Both the position numbers and the translations under genes were made by a program. From a virus (Duplodnaviria > Caudoviricetes), in IMG/VR virus record IMGVR_UViG_3300048549_001527: a stretch of DNA of 64,000 nt, one strand, 5' to 3'. Of this stretch, positions 26,918 through 36,121 are shown piece after piece (the stretch's first letter is position 1; every line of letters starts with the position of its first letter). The notes beneath the pieces were generated by a model that saw only the letters and a program-made list of their open reading frames with translations, did not search any database and had not been told where the DNA came from.

Positions 26918-27156
26918 TGGAACCTTGGATTCAAGAAACTCGCAATGGCTTTGAAATGGCTGAAGAAGAAATTAATCGTATTGAAGCTCGGCCTGCCCAA
27001 GGTGAACAGTCTTGCATGGTTCAGTCTGATATGAAACAGTGGGCTCTTAAAAAGGGTCTGTGGCCATCCGAACCATATAAGAATATGATTGTTCTGCACG
27101 CAATTGACCGTGGTTGGTTACAAGAAAACTTTACTGGAATGGAGATCGTAGAATGA
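26917..27156 (+). CDS. Hypothetical early protein
   Basis: 79 aa, TAATG coupling. Confidence 0.7.
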   Translation: MEPWIQETRNGFEMAEEEINRIEARPAQGEQSCMVQSDMKQWALKKGLWPSEPYKNMIVLHAIDRGWLQENFTGMEIVE

Positions 27157-27395
27157 ATAGTGTTGAAAATCCTTACATGGAAGACGTAATTGTAACTGAA
27201 GGATTACCACGCCACGGGTCGCCTCAAGATCGCGGTAGTGCAGATGCTTATTACCATCGTCCTTATGATCCTCATTACTATGTTGGTGATTCTATTACTT
27301 CGGAAAGAGTAGAAAAAGACAATATGACTGTTGGTGAAATTGAGGCTTATAAATACGGTTATGATAATGAAGACGATCGTAAGGATTGGGGATGA
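27153..27395 (+). CDS. Hypothetical early protein
   Basis: HGSPQDRGSADAYYHRPYDPHYY motif; start at ATGA overlap 27153. Confidence 0.75.
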   Translation: MNSVENPYMEDVIVTEGLPRHGSPQDRGSADAYYHRPYDPHYYVGDSITSERVEKDNMTVGEIEAYKYGYDNEDDRKDWG

Positions 27396-27501
27396 TTTAT
27401 TGTATTAACGGCAAACGCTTTGATTGTGTTCTTGACGCCATAGAATACAGAGATATTCTTGATGCTCATTATATTAAAGTGGTATGGAAGCAAATTAACT
27501 A

Positions 27502-27530
27502 TTGACATTCTGTTTAGAATCAGTTATATT
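27502..27530 (+). promoter_or_regulatory. Early promoter, GAATCAG family
   Basis: TTGACA-N9-GAATCAG-t-TATATT; second GAATCAG beside RBS. Confidence 0.85.
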
Positions 27531-27561
27531 AGTTATATCAAATGGAAAAAAGGAATCAGTT

Positions 27562-27693
27562 ATGGAACAGTTTATCACATTAGGCGGCATCATCTTTCTT
27601 AGTGGTGTTATTGGATATATTCTTGGTAACCGCTCTGGTTGGGCAAGCGCTAAAGAAATTTATGGAAAAGATAATCCATATGTAGATGTATAA
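27562..27693 (+). CDS. 43-aa membrane peptide
   Basis: MEQFITLGGIIFLSGVIGYILG...; AAGGA RBS. Confidence 0.65.
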   Translation: MEQFITLGGIIFLSGVIGYILGNRSGWASAKEIYGKDNPYVDV

Positions 27694-27916
27694 GGACTAC
27701 TTTACTCAGCGTCCGTGTAGAGGGAACCGGACCTAGAAGCACTTGGAAGAAATCGACTTACAAATGACGACGGTGCTATCTAACAATCGTATTAGATAGT
27801 AAATATAGCGAAACTAGTAAGTTAGATCCAATTGGTTTCAATCAAACTAGAGCGGCAATGTCAATAAGGCCGTGCGGAGAGATTGGAGATACTAGGGGCG
27901 TTGAGTAAAGTAGTTT
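27694..27916 (+). ncRNA. Candidate structured ncRNA (about 223 nt), family unknown
   Basis: 21-bp end-to-end helix 27694-27714 / 27896-27916 (17 Watson-Crick + 4 GU), internal hairpins, no ORF, ends 4 nt before tRNA-Pro. Confidence 0.7.
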
Positions 27917-27920
27917 ATCA

Positions 27921-27997
27921 CTCGGTGTAGCTTAGCTTGGTAAAGCGCCTGGTTTGGGACCAGGAGACCGTAGGTTCAAATCCTACTTCCGAGACCA
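27921..27997 (+). tRNA. tRNA-Pro(TGG)
   Basis: Anticodon stem CCTGG/CCAGG with loop TTTGGGA, T-arm GTAGG-TTCAAAT-CCTAC, CCA; one mismatch in acceptor stem. Confidence 0.92.
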
Positions 27998-28001
27998 AAG
28001 G

Positions 28002-28177
28002 ATAATGAGGAAAACCCGACTAGCAGGTAAGAACTCATTATACTAAACCCTATATGTGGTTCGAGGCGCGTCGGACATATAGGTCGGTAAAAAGCACTGG
28101 TACCGTAAAAAAACCCAGTCGGTTGTTGCATACGTCAAATGCAAATAAGGGGAGAGGCACTGCAGAAAGCCTCTCCC
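28002..28177 (+). ncRNA. Candidate structured ncRNA with H-type pseudoknot
   Basis: Four hairpins of 6-9 bp plus pseudoknot (CGGTA/TACCG, ACTGG/CCAGT); no ORF. Confidence 0.6.
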
Positions 28178-28204
28178 TCGAAAACTATACAAGGATAAAA
28201 TATT

Positions 28205-28978
28205 ATGTTTTGGAAAAAGAATCCAGTAATTAAATTTCATATACCGGATGATATGAATATAAAGCCATATCACCCTGTACCGGCTGATCGTAGTATTCCG
28301 GAATGGTTTGTAAAGACACCAAAAGGTTGCCCAGCAGGAAAGCTACCAAAAGGCCAAGATCCAAATAAAGATTCTACAATTAAAACATGTATGCCTGTTC
28401 TTGATGCAATGACTGGAGGATATGTTGTAAAATCTCCAGTAGATATGAACATAAGAGCTTGGAAAGAAGATGGTGACGTTCATTTTGGTTGTGAATGGGC
28501 TAAAAGCGGTATGTCAACACATGATTTTATTAATTTTCATGGTACATGGCAATTAGGAAAACACTCATTATTTGATAAAACACCACCAGACGCAGTTGCT
28601 CTAAAACTTATTACTTGGTTTTGTATTGAAACACCACCTGGATATAGTATCTTGGTTAATAGCCATCACAATAACGATCATTTAAAAGATCTAGGAATAG
28701 AATTTATGACTGGTATTATAGACTCAGACAAATATACATTAGAAATTAATTTTCCATTTATATTTACAAATTTTTCTAAAGAAGGTGTATTTGTACCACA
28801 AGGTACTCCACTTTTACAATTATTTCCATTTAAAAGAGAAGCCTGGAACCATGAAATTATTAGCATGATCCCAGGCGACGAGTTTAGTAAAAAACGCCAC
28901 CGCAACATTACTGCATTACAGAGTATGTTTCGCGCTGGCTATCGTAAAAATTTTCGTTCTGTCAAAAAGTTTAAATAA
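28205..28978 (+). CDS. Hypothetical protein (beta-rich, cupin/dUTPase-like suspected)
   Basis: TIKTCMPVLDAMTGGY, ETPPGYS, GIIDSD, GTPLLQLFPFKR. Confidence 0.7.
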   Translation: MFWKKNPVIKFHIPDDMNIKPYHPVPADRSIPEWFVKTPKGCPAGKLPKGQDPNKDSTIKTCMPVLDAMTGGYVVKSPVDMNIRAWKEDGDVHFGCEWAKSGMSTHDFINFHGTWQLGKHSLFDKTPPDAVALKLITWFCIETPPGYSILVNSHHNNDHLKDLGIEFMTGIIDSDKYTLEINFPFIFTNFSKEGVFVPQGTPLLQLFPFKREAWNHEIISMIPGDEFSKKRHRNITALQSMFRAGYRKNFRSVKKFK

Positions 28979-29329
28979 TTAGTCGTCGCTACTTCCGCCG
29001 CGGCCTTTCAATGCATCAGCACCAAAGAAGGCTGAAACTAAGACTGCAATTGAAGCAAAATATGTTGGGGCAATATCTGCAATTAATTGTGCAGCAGTAT
29101 CTAATCCTAACCAGGATGTTAACATTATCCCAATTGGATAAAGTAAAAGACCGAATAGAGCAAACCACGCCATTTTACGTATGGCATCGCGTTGTGCATC
29201 GGCATCTTCCATTTCTAGCATTTTACGCTGCATATCGAGTTCTTCATTAGTGATCACTCCATCGCCATTATAATCCGCTGCTTTTGGATCATATTTAGAT
29301 GGCGCAGCTGCTTTTTTCTTACCTGCCAT
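28979..29329 (-). CDS. Two-TM membrane protein with EF-hand-like loop (holin-like candidate)
   Basis: DYNGDGVITNEE loop, two hydrophobic helices, late promoter upstream. Confidence 0.6.
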   Translation of the reverse strand: MAGKKKAAAPSKYDPKAADYNGDGVITNEELDMQRKMLEMEDADAQRDAIRKMAWFALFGLLLYPIGIMLTSWLGLDTAAQLIADIAPTYFASIAVLVSAFFGADALKGRGGSSDD

Positions 29330-29378
29330 TTCATTCTCCTATAAAATTTTGAATTGCATGACAAATAACTCACGTTTT

Positions 29379-29390
29379 TATTTATAAATA
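29379..29390. promoter_or_regulatory. Overlapping bidirectional late promoters
   Basis: TATTTATAAATA contains TATAAATA on both strands, between divergent genes. Confidence 0.75.
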
Positions 29391-29403
29391 AAGAAAAGGA
29401 GGT

Positions 29404-29607
29404 TTGTTTTTGTATATAACACCCTGTGTATCAGTATGCCAAGTTGACGCTTTTACTGGTGTTTGCATTGGTTGTAAAAGAACGCAAAAGCAAATAAATC
29501 GCTGGAACGATTATACAGATGACCAACGTATGGAAGTAATGAAGTCGTTGGGTTACGGAAAACGTATGAGCAAAGAAGAGCGATTACGAAGGTATGATCG
29601 CGGATAA
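29404..29607 (+). CDS. DUF1289-family Cys-rich protein
   Basis: TPCVSVC...CIGCKRT..QI..W pattern. Confidence 0.8.
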   Translation: MFLYITPCVSVCQVDAFTGVCIGCKRTQKQINRWNDYTDDQRMEVMKSLGYGKRMSKEERLRRYDRG

Positions 29608-29640
29608 ATAAAACGTAGCCTAGTCGAATTATAGGAGGAG

Positions 29641-29829
29641 ATGAAAATGGCATTACAAACAGACGGTACAACTCGCATTACAAATGCTGGCGAGCTAGCA
29701 AATATTTCAGGAACGGACTCAGTTTCTGATGCTGCAATCAATACTGCTATTAAAAACCAAAACAATGTTCTAAGAATTTATAACGCTGCGGGTACTGAAG
29801 TTAAAACTTTATTCTGCGCTCAAAACTAA
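29641..29829 (+). CDS. Short virion fibre-associated protein, copy A
   Basis: Paralog of 30840-31025; Thr/Ala/Asn-rich. Confidence 0.65.
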   Translation: MKMALQTDGTTRITNAGELANISGTDSVSDAAINTAIKNQNNVLRIYNAAGTEVKTLFCAQN

Positions 29830-29841
29830 AAGGTTTTTAAC

Positions 29842-30816
29842 ATGACAGTTAGGGCACCGGCGTATTTAGACACGTCCAATACTTTTATCACATATGTATA
29901 CTCTGCTAATTCCGTTCAAATGGAAAGCGTTTATAATTATGCGGCATATCGTTATACTACTAGTACAGCTGTAGAATTATCTGTTGTTTCATCTGGCGGT
30001 AATCTTGGAAATATGACTGACAGAAGAAAGCAAGCGGGTGATGCTGGATCTAATTCTGGAGCAGGACAAACATTTCCAACAGAAGCAGTTACTGATGATA
30101 TTAGCAATGTTGATACTACAGCTGCAACTATTTCCCAAACCGTTAATGTGACTAGTGAGCCAACATACACCGATGAAAACTACGCGTTTCCTGCATATGT
30201 TACCGCATCAGGTAATTTGCAGAATATGACCAAAGCTGACTTTTATGACACATACATATATCCAACAATTACTAGAATGACTGCTGGCGGATCTGGGGCC
30301 GACGCCGATAGAACTGGTACTTATATTATTAGTACCTTAAGTTCCATCACAGGGGCGCAATTGGTTTCAGCTACTCCTGTATTTACGGATACCCGTGCAA
30401 ATGCTGCAAGCTACACGGCTGCAGGTATTGCAGAAAATAACGACCAGCCTGTTGACATCAACGATTATTATTTACATCAAATTGTTCAAGTGCAACTAGC
30501 ACCAGCTGAAATTCCATTTTATATTAACAGTAGTGGTGAAATGAGACAATATAGTACAACTGCCTGGCGAAATATGTTAAGAGATCATTTAAAATATGTA
30601 GCATCTTCTGTTACTCCTTATAGAATACGCTATAATATTAACGGCGGCGGAAACAACTGTGGTACTGGTATGGCTGATACATATTTGTCTGGTACATCGG
30701 CTCAAGGTTACACTACAAGGTTTGACTCGGCCACAACTACATATTATGCTCAGGAATTTCCGAATGGTACACCAGCAACAAGAATAACATATTATTTAAG
30801 AATAACCGCGGATTGA
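29842..30816 (+). CDS. Virion structural / fibre-like protein, copy A
   Basis: Thr/Ser/Gly-rich, ends YYAQEFPNGTP..TYYLRIT; paralog of 31035-31982. Confidence 0.6.
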   Translation: MTVRAPAYLDTSNTFITYVYSANSVQMESVYNYAAYRYTTSTAVELSVVSSGGNLGNMTDRRKQAGDAGSNSGAGQTFPTEAVTDDISNVDTTAATISQTVNVTSEPTYTDENYAFPAYVTASGNLQNMTKADFYDTYIYPTITRMTAGGSGADADRTGTYIISTLSSITGAQLVSATPVFTDTRANAASYTAAGIAENNDQPVDINDYYLHQIVQVQLAPAEIPFYINSSGEMRQYSTTAWRNMLRDHLKYVASSVTPYRIRYNINGGGNNCGTGMADTYLSGTSAQGYTTRFDSATTTYYAQEFPNGTPATRITYYLRITAD

Positions 30817-30839
30817 TAAATATCTGATAGGAGAAAAAC

Positions 30840-31025
30840 ATGGCAATTAAAGTAGGAACTGACACGGTTATCACCGACCTTAAAGCGCTCAACGGTATAA
30901 CTGGAACAGATGATACAACACAAACAGCAATTAATAATGCAATAGTAGCTGTTGATAATAAGCTCGTTATTAAAGATGCAACAGGTACGGCTGTAAAAAC
31001 AATTTATGGCGGACAATCCGCGTAA
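30840..31025 (+). CDS. Short virion fibre-associated protein, copy B
   Basis: Aligns to 29641-29829 (I.GTD....AIN.AI....N.L.I..A.GT.VKT). Confidence 0.65.
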   Translation: MAIKVGTDTVITDLKALNGITGTDDTTQTAINNAIVAVDNKLVIKDATGTAVKTIYGGQSA

Positions 31026-31034
31026 GGAAAAATC

Positions 31035-31982
31035 ATGGCGGCTAGATCACCATTATATTACAGTGGCGGAGAAATATTAACCGCGACTAATCTTGACACA
31101 GTCGTGGATCAAGTTGTGCGAGCATATGGCCAAAACCCAGGTGTTACGCTTACAGTTGTTTCATCAGGCGGCGATGCAAAATTTGAAATGACTGATACGA
31201 GATACAAAGCAGGCGCGGTTTCAGTCGGCGATGGAGCATATCTTCCAGCAGGACAAACACCTGATATTGAGGCTATAGAAACAACCGCTTCAAATATTAC
31301 AGAAACCGCCGCTTCAGTTACCCAACCCGCTGCTTCTTCTAATCCAAGATCGTTTCCTGTGTATTATAATAATGCCGGCGAAATACAAGCTATGACTGAA
31401 ACTGATTTTATTGATACGTTCATTAAGCCTGCCTTGGACGAAATTGTTGCAAATAATAGTGCAGGCGAATATTTCGTTTCAACTTTGTCTACTATTACCG
31501 GTGCAACAAGAGTTTCAGCTACTCCAATATTTGTTGATACTCGTGCTGATGAAACTTTATATGATGATGTTGGTATTACAGGCGAGACTTTAGATCAGCC
31601 TGAAACAGTAAATTCATATTACTTATTTCAAAGAGATGCAGGTGACACTCAATATGGAGAAACAGGTTGGGTAGATCTTATGTATATTGACACAGATGGT
31701 AGCTTAAGAGTATATAGCGACTCTGATATTTCTGCATTATTTGGTGATTATGTTAGGTATGCGGCTTCAAATACAGTAGGCGCTAGACTTTCTTATAGTA
31801 TTAATGGATCAGGTACAACAAAAGGTACTGGCATGATTGATACCGTTTTGGATGGAACTTCGGCAGAAGGTTATACAGAGGGTGACGTTGATCCAGATAC
31901 AAATTACTACTATGCTCAGGAATTTCCAAACGGCGAGCCTACAGCTTTAACTACATATTATTTAAAACTTACAACATACTAA
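31035..31982 (+). CDS. Virion structural / fibre-like protein, copy B
   Basis: Shares VVSSGG, MTD.R..AG, VSATP.F.DTRA, YYAQEFPNG with copy A. Confidence 0.6.
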   Translation: MAARSPLYYSGGEILTATNLDTVVDQVVRAYGQNPGVTLTVVSSGGDAKFEMTDTRYKAGAVSVGDGAYLPAGQTPDIEAIETTASNITETAASVTQPAASSNPRSFPVYYNNAGEIQAMTETDFIDTFIKPALDEIVANNSAGEYFVSTLSTITGATRVSATPIFVDTRADETLYDDVGITGETLDQPETVNSYYLFQRDAGDTQYGETGWVDLMYIDTDGSLRVYSDSDISALFGDYVRYAASNTVGARLSYSINGSGTTKGTGMIDTVLDGTSAEGYTEGDVDPDTNYYYAQEFPNGEPTALTTYYLKLTTY

Positions 31983-31996
31983 AAGGTGATTATACA

Positions 31997-32662
31997 ATGG
32001 CAATTTTTTCAGGCCGCATTGAAGATGCGCACTACATTAACGAAAAATACGATACAATAGAAATACTCTTTAAATCCGACGATCCTGAAGACACTAAACT
32101 TTATAAACATATTATTGAAGCAGATCCTAAATCTAAGGATTTTCAAGAATTACAAGCTGATGGTTGGGGTGATAAAGAATTATTAGATGCAACCGCAGAA
32201 TTTAAAAGACAACACGCAGCTACTTTCAATAATGCAGTTCAACAAAGAGCGAGCGCAATTGCTCGTGAAATGATTGGTTTAAACAATCTTAAAAGAGAAC
32301 GAGATACGTTAGAAAAAGAACGAGATAAAGTTAAAAACGATATTGAGCGACACCACGGCTGGCTTGAAGAAAAAAGAACCCTTATCAAAAAGAGTGATGA
32401 AAAGATTGACGAGCAGCAGGAAGAGTTAGCATACACTGAAAGCAAAATTAAAAAAACAGAGTTTCATGTTGATAATGCCTTACTTGAAATTGTTATGAAT
32501 CATAACGAACAAGGCGACGAACTATTTAAATTCAAACTTTGGGCTTTGGAGCAAGAATTTGTAAAATCAGCTCCAAAGGAAGTTAAATCAAAGATCCGTA
32601 GAGTAAAACGTATTACACAAGGAATTGCAATATTAGACGAGTTGATTGAGACAAACGAATAA
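31997..32662 (+). CDS. Hypothetical coiled-coil protein
   Basis: 221 aa, charged heptads. Confidence 0.75.
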   Translation: MAIFSGRIEDAHYINEKYDTIEILFKSDDPEDTKLYKHIIEADPKSKDFQELQADGWGDKELLDATAEFKRQHAATFNNAVQQRASAIAREMIGLNNLKRERDTLEKERDKVKNDIERHHGWLEEKRTLIKKSDEKIDEQQEELAYTESKIKKTEFHVDNALLEIVMNHNEQGDELFKFKLWALEQEFVKSAPKEVKSKIRRVKRITQGIAILDELIETNE

Positions 32663-33861
32663 TGAAATGCATGGTTCCTGAAACGGGCATTACAATTAAT
32701 CCAATAGGCGAAATGGTTTTATGCTGTGCCGGTGATAATGTTGCGGTTTCTCACATTAAAGATATTGATAACTTATCAGACTTTTTTAATGGTCCAATAT
32801 ATGATAAGTTAAGAAAAGATTTCAAAGAACAAAACTTTCCAAAACAATGTGATGTATGCTGGCGTCATTATAACGCAGGTCGTATTGCGCGATTTGATTC
32901 CTATAATCGTTTTAATTTTCCAACATATGAAGAAGATCTTGCGTCTGACGTAATACCAATTCGTTTTCTTGAAATTACAACAAGTAATATCTGTAACCAA
33001 ATGTGCGTTACTTGCTCAGGTAAGTATTCTTCAAAGTGGGCGCCATACGAACAGATGGCAGTTGATTATGGTTTAGATTGGAGAAACGAAAACCATAAAT
33101 TCCATACTGAAACATATAAGATGACAACGGCTGATGTTGACAAAGTACTTGAAATTGTTCCTGGGTTGCAACACTTAACTATTAAAGGTGGCGAACCTTT
33201 TGCAGATCAGAACAATATAAAAATATTAAGAAAGCTTGCAGACACAAATCCAAATTGCCGCGTTGAGATTTGTACTAATATGCAATTAGTAACAAACACA
33301 GTCATTGAATTATTACATCGCATTAATGAGGTTCATATACAAGCAAGTATAGACGGTGTTGGAGAAATATACGATTGGATTCGTGGTGGTAATTTTGCTA
33401 AGACCGCTAATAATATTAAAAGATATCACGCGCATTCAGGTCGCAAAGTGGTAATCGTATCAACCGTTTCAGTATATAATTGGATGCACTTACCTGAACT
33501 TATTGATTATTGGAGAGACGTAGATGGTGTTGATAGAATTAGTATGGCAAATATGGTAACGTTTCCAAAGTATTGCTCTCCTTTATATTTGTATAATCAT
33601 CATATTGAAGAAGGCTTAAACAAATTCTTTGAATATTTGGACAGTAAATATACAAAATCAAATGATTCTTTATATCATAGTGATAAGCTATTGGTAAGCG
33701 GTATTAACAATATGCTTAGTGTTAAGCCAGATTTTGAGGCAGATGAAAAACCAAGGTGGCAGGAACGCATGGTAAAGTGGATTGACTATTGTCATGTGGC
33801 GCGAGAAAATAACGAAGACATTTGGGAATTGGCTCCTTACTTACAGGAATATAGAAAATGA
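32662..33861 (+). CDS. Radical SAM enzyme with N-terminal Twitch/SPASM-like domain
   Basis: CNQMCVTC, GGEPF, TN; N-terminal C..LCC..CDVC. Confidence 0.9.
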   Translation: MKCMVPETGITINPIGEMVLCCAGDNVAVSHIKDIDNLSDFFNGPIYDKLRKDFKEQNFPKQCDVCWRHYNAGRIARFDSYNRFNFPTYEEDLASDVIPIRFLEITTSNICNQMCVTCSGKYSSKWAPYEQMAVDYGLDWRNENHKFHTETYKMTTADVDKVLEIVPGLQHLTIKGGEPFADQNNIKILRKLADTNPNCRVEICTNMQLVTNTVIELLHRINEVHIQASIDGVGEIYDWIRGGNFAKTANNIKRYHAHSGRKVVIVSTVSVYNWMHLPELIDYWRDVDGVDRISMANMVTFPKYCSPLYLYNHHIEEGLNKFFEYLDSKYTKSNDSLYHSDKLLVSGINNMLSVKPDFEADEKPRWQERMVKWIDYCHVARENNEDIWELAPYLQEYRK

Positions 33862-35024
33862 AATACGTAGATGTTGTAAATAAGTATAGATCTGATAACT
33901 TTCCAGATATGTATAAGCCTATAACTTGCTGGTCTCCATTTCAAGCTATGCATATTAATAAAAAAGGGGATGTTCGATCGTGTCCTTTTCAAATGAAAAA
34001 AGGAAGTGATAGATATTTTACTCGTGAAGACGGAACGACATACAGAGGTGAAAATATCGCAATTGAAACTTGGTCACCTGAAAAAAGCTTGCTTGATATA
34101 TGGAATGGCAAACCTTTTGAAGCTATGAGATTAGAATCTATGGAAGGTAGCCTACATGATTTTTGTCTTTATTGTATAAACCAATGTAAACAAGATAAGC
34201 CTCCTAGTAGCTTAGATTTTGATTGGGTTGGCGGCGAAAGAAGTATTTCTCACGAATATCCACGAGAAATAGAATTAGAACTTTCAAATAGTTGCAATTA
34301 TCATTGTGCATTTTGCAGTCCTTTTCATTCATCTCAACATATGGAAGCAATGGGATTACAGGATGATCCAAGATTTAAAAGCGTTTTTGACGATACAGAA
34401 ATTAAAGAAGCTTTTATTGAAGATTTAAGAAGTATTATTCATAACATTTATAGGCTTAACTTTACAGGTGGCGAGCCATTTGCACAAAGGGTTGTATATG
34501 ATATTCTTAAAATGATTGATGAAGAACAGCCTGAAAATTTAGGCGTTCATTTTACAACTAATGGTAGTATTATGAATGGCGCCGTTCGCAAAATAGCTCA
34601 AAGAAATAATGTAAGATTTACAGTATCATTAGACTCATTAGATCCAGAAACATATCCTCAATTAAGAATTAACGGTAATTTAGAAAACGTTTTAAATAAT
34701 ATCGAAACACTTAGACAAACCCAAGCCTACATCGGTTGTTCCTTTGTGATAAGTAAGATGAACGTTAGGGAATTGCCTAATATTATTTCATGGTGTAACG
34801 AAAAACAAATTGAATTTTCTTATCATCTTATTGTTCCGATGATGAACGAAAAAAAGTTTAGAGATATTGTTTATCCTCAATCGGTTGAACTTCAATCAAA
34901 AGAATATATACAAGAACTTAAAAGTTATTTAGGAAATGCTGAAATTTATATGAATAAGAAAAATGATTACTTGTCGAATAAAAACTTGACTATGTTTAAA
35001 CAATATATTGAAAGATTAAAATGA
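33858..35024 (+). CDS. Radical SAM enzyme with N-terminal Twitch/SPASM-like domain
   Basis: CNYHCAFC, GGEPF, TTNG, VSLDS; N-terminal CWSPF..SCP..CLYC. Confidence 0.9.
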   Translation: MKYVDVVNKYRSDNFPDMYKPITCWSPFQAMHINKKGDVRSCPFQMKKGSDRYFTREDGTTYRGENIAIETWSPEKSLLDIWNGKPFEAMRLESMEGSLHDFCLYCINQCKQDKPPSSLDFDWVGGERSISHEYPREIELELSNSCNYHCAFCSPFHSSQHMEAMGLQDDPRFKSVFDDTEIKEAFIEDLRSIIHNIYRLNFTGGEPFAQRVVYDILKMIDEEQPENLGVHFTTNGSIMNGAVRKIAQRNNVRFTVSLDSLDPETYPQLRINGNLENVLNNIETLRQTQAYIGCSFVISKMNVRELPNIISWCNEKQIEFSYHLIVPMMNEKKFRDIVYPQSVELQSKEYIQELKSYLGNAEIYMNKKNDYLSNKNLTMFKQYIERLK

Positions 35025-36121
35025 TTAAAAATTGGGATAAGTTTCAGGCGAGACGAAGAATACCTGAAGAACATAAAATGATTGGTTGTTATGCTGCATT
35101 CAATCATATGAGAATTTCAAAAGACGCTTCAGTGCATCCGTGTTGTTTTAATAACAAAAGACATAATTGGTTGCATGACGGTAGTTTAAAGGAATATTGG
35201 TTTAATGGATTAAACGTAGAATACCAAGATGCATTTTTAAATCAAGAACTACATGAAGGATGTCAAATTTGTTTGCAGAGAATTGAAGCAGACTCTCATC
35301 CTGCCATTGTTGAATATGATTACAATATGGGAGATGATAGATTAGAATACGCAATGAATTCTGGTAATTATCCTAAAATTATTGAATTTGAAATATCAGA
35401 TTTGTGCAATTTAGAATGTGAGATGTGCCATGCAGGATTATCATCAAAATTGAGAATGGGAAGAGATAAGCATTTAGTTTCTAAACATCCATACTATCGC
35501 CAAACAAATGAGTTTGATAAAGAAGAAAATATGAATGAGTTAATTGAGCAACTAAAAGAATTTATCCCTCATCTTGAAGAAATTAGATTTGTTGGTGGAG
35601 AGCCTTTCGCCCATAAAGGTATGTTTAAATTAGCAAAAGTTATTTCAGAAATTAACCCATCTGTTGTATTAAGGGTTTGTACTAATGGCACAATATTCAA
35701 TAAGCAAGTAAAAAGCATATGTGAAAATAATAATTTAAAAGTAACTATCTCTTGTGATACCGTTATAGAAGAAGAATATAAGCAAATTAGAATTGGCGCA
35801 AACTACAAAAATACATATGATAATATTCAAAAATTTAAAGAAGCAATTGGTACTGAAAATGTAACAATTAACGCGACATTTATGTCAGTAAATGCCGAAA
35901 ATATGGATAAATTTTTTGAGTATGCTATTGAAAATGGTTTTAATACATTTATTAATGTCTATGTTAGAGAATGGAGAGAGCATACAAAGGATTGGAGAAT
36001 TGAAACCATGTCCGATGAGGTTAAACGATCTGCATTAAATAAAATGAAAGAACTTTTAAATAAAACCAACAAGTCTAATCACGTGGCTGAAATTAATAAA
36101 GTTATAGGATTGTTGAGTTGA
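35021..36121 (+). CDS. Radical SAM enzyme with N-terminal Twitch/SPASM-like domain
   Basis: CNLECEMC, GGEPF, TNG; N-terminal CYAAF..PCC..CQIC. Confidence 0.9.
   Translation: MIKNWDKFQARRRIPEEHKMIGCYAAFNHMRISKDASVHPCCFNNKRHNWLHDGSLKEYWFNGLNVEYQDAFLNQELHEGCQICLQRIEADSHPAIVEYDYNMGDDRLEYAMNSGNYPKIIEFEISDLCNLECEMCHAGLSSKLRMGRDKHLVSKHPYYRQTNEFDKEENMNELIEQLKEFIPHLEEIRFVGGEPFAHKGMFKLAKVISEINPSVVLRVCTNGTIFNKQVKSICENNNLKVTISCDTVIEEEYKQIRIGANYKNTYDNIQKFKEAIGTENVTINATFMSVNAENMDKFFEYAIENGFNTFINVYVREWREHTKDWRIETMSDEVKRSALNKMKELLNKTNKSNHVAEINKVIGLLS

Noticed and set aside
28085-28119. preQ1-I or SAM-II/V riboswitch
   Set aside because: A-rich loop is reminiscent, but the ligand-binding consensus nucleotides are not recognisable and the downstream gene is not a related transporter or enzyme
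27694-28177. tmRNA, RNase P RNA, SRP RNA or theta/HDV ribozyme identity for the tRNA-flanking RNAs
   Set aside because: No tRNA-like acceptor/T-arm, no complete RNase P P4 consensus, no SRP GGAA/AGCAG motif, and no convincing P3/P1.1/catalytic C arrangement by eye; needs cmscan
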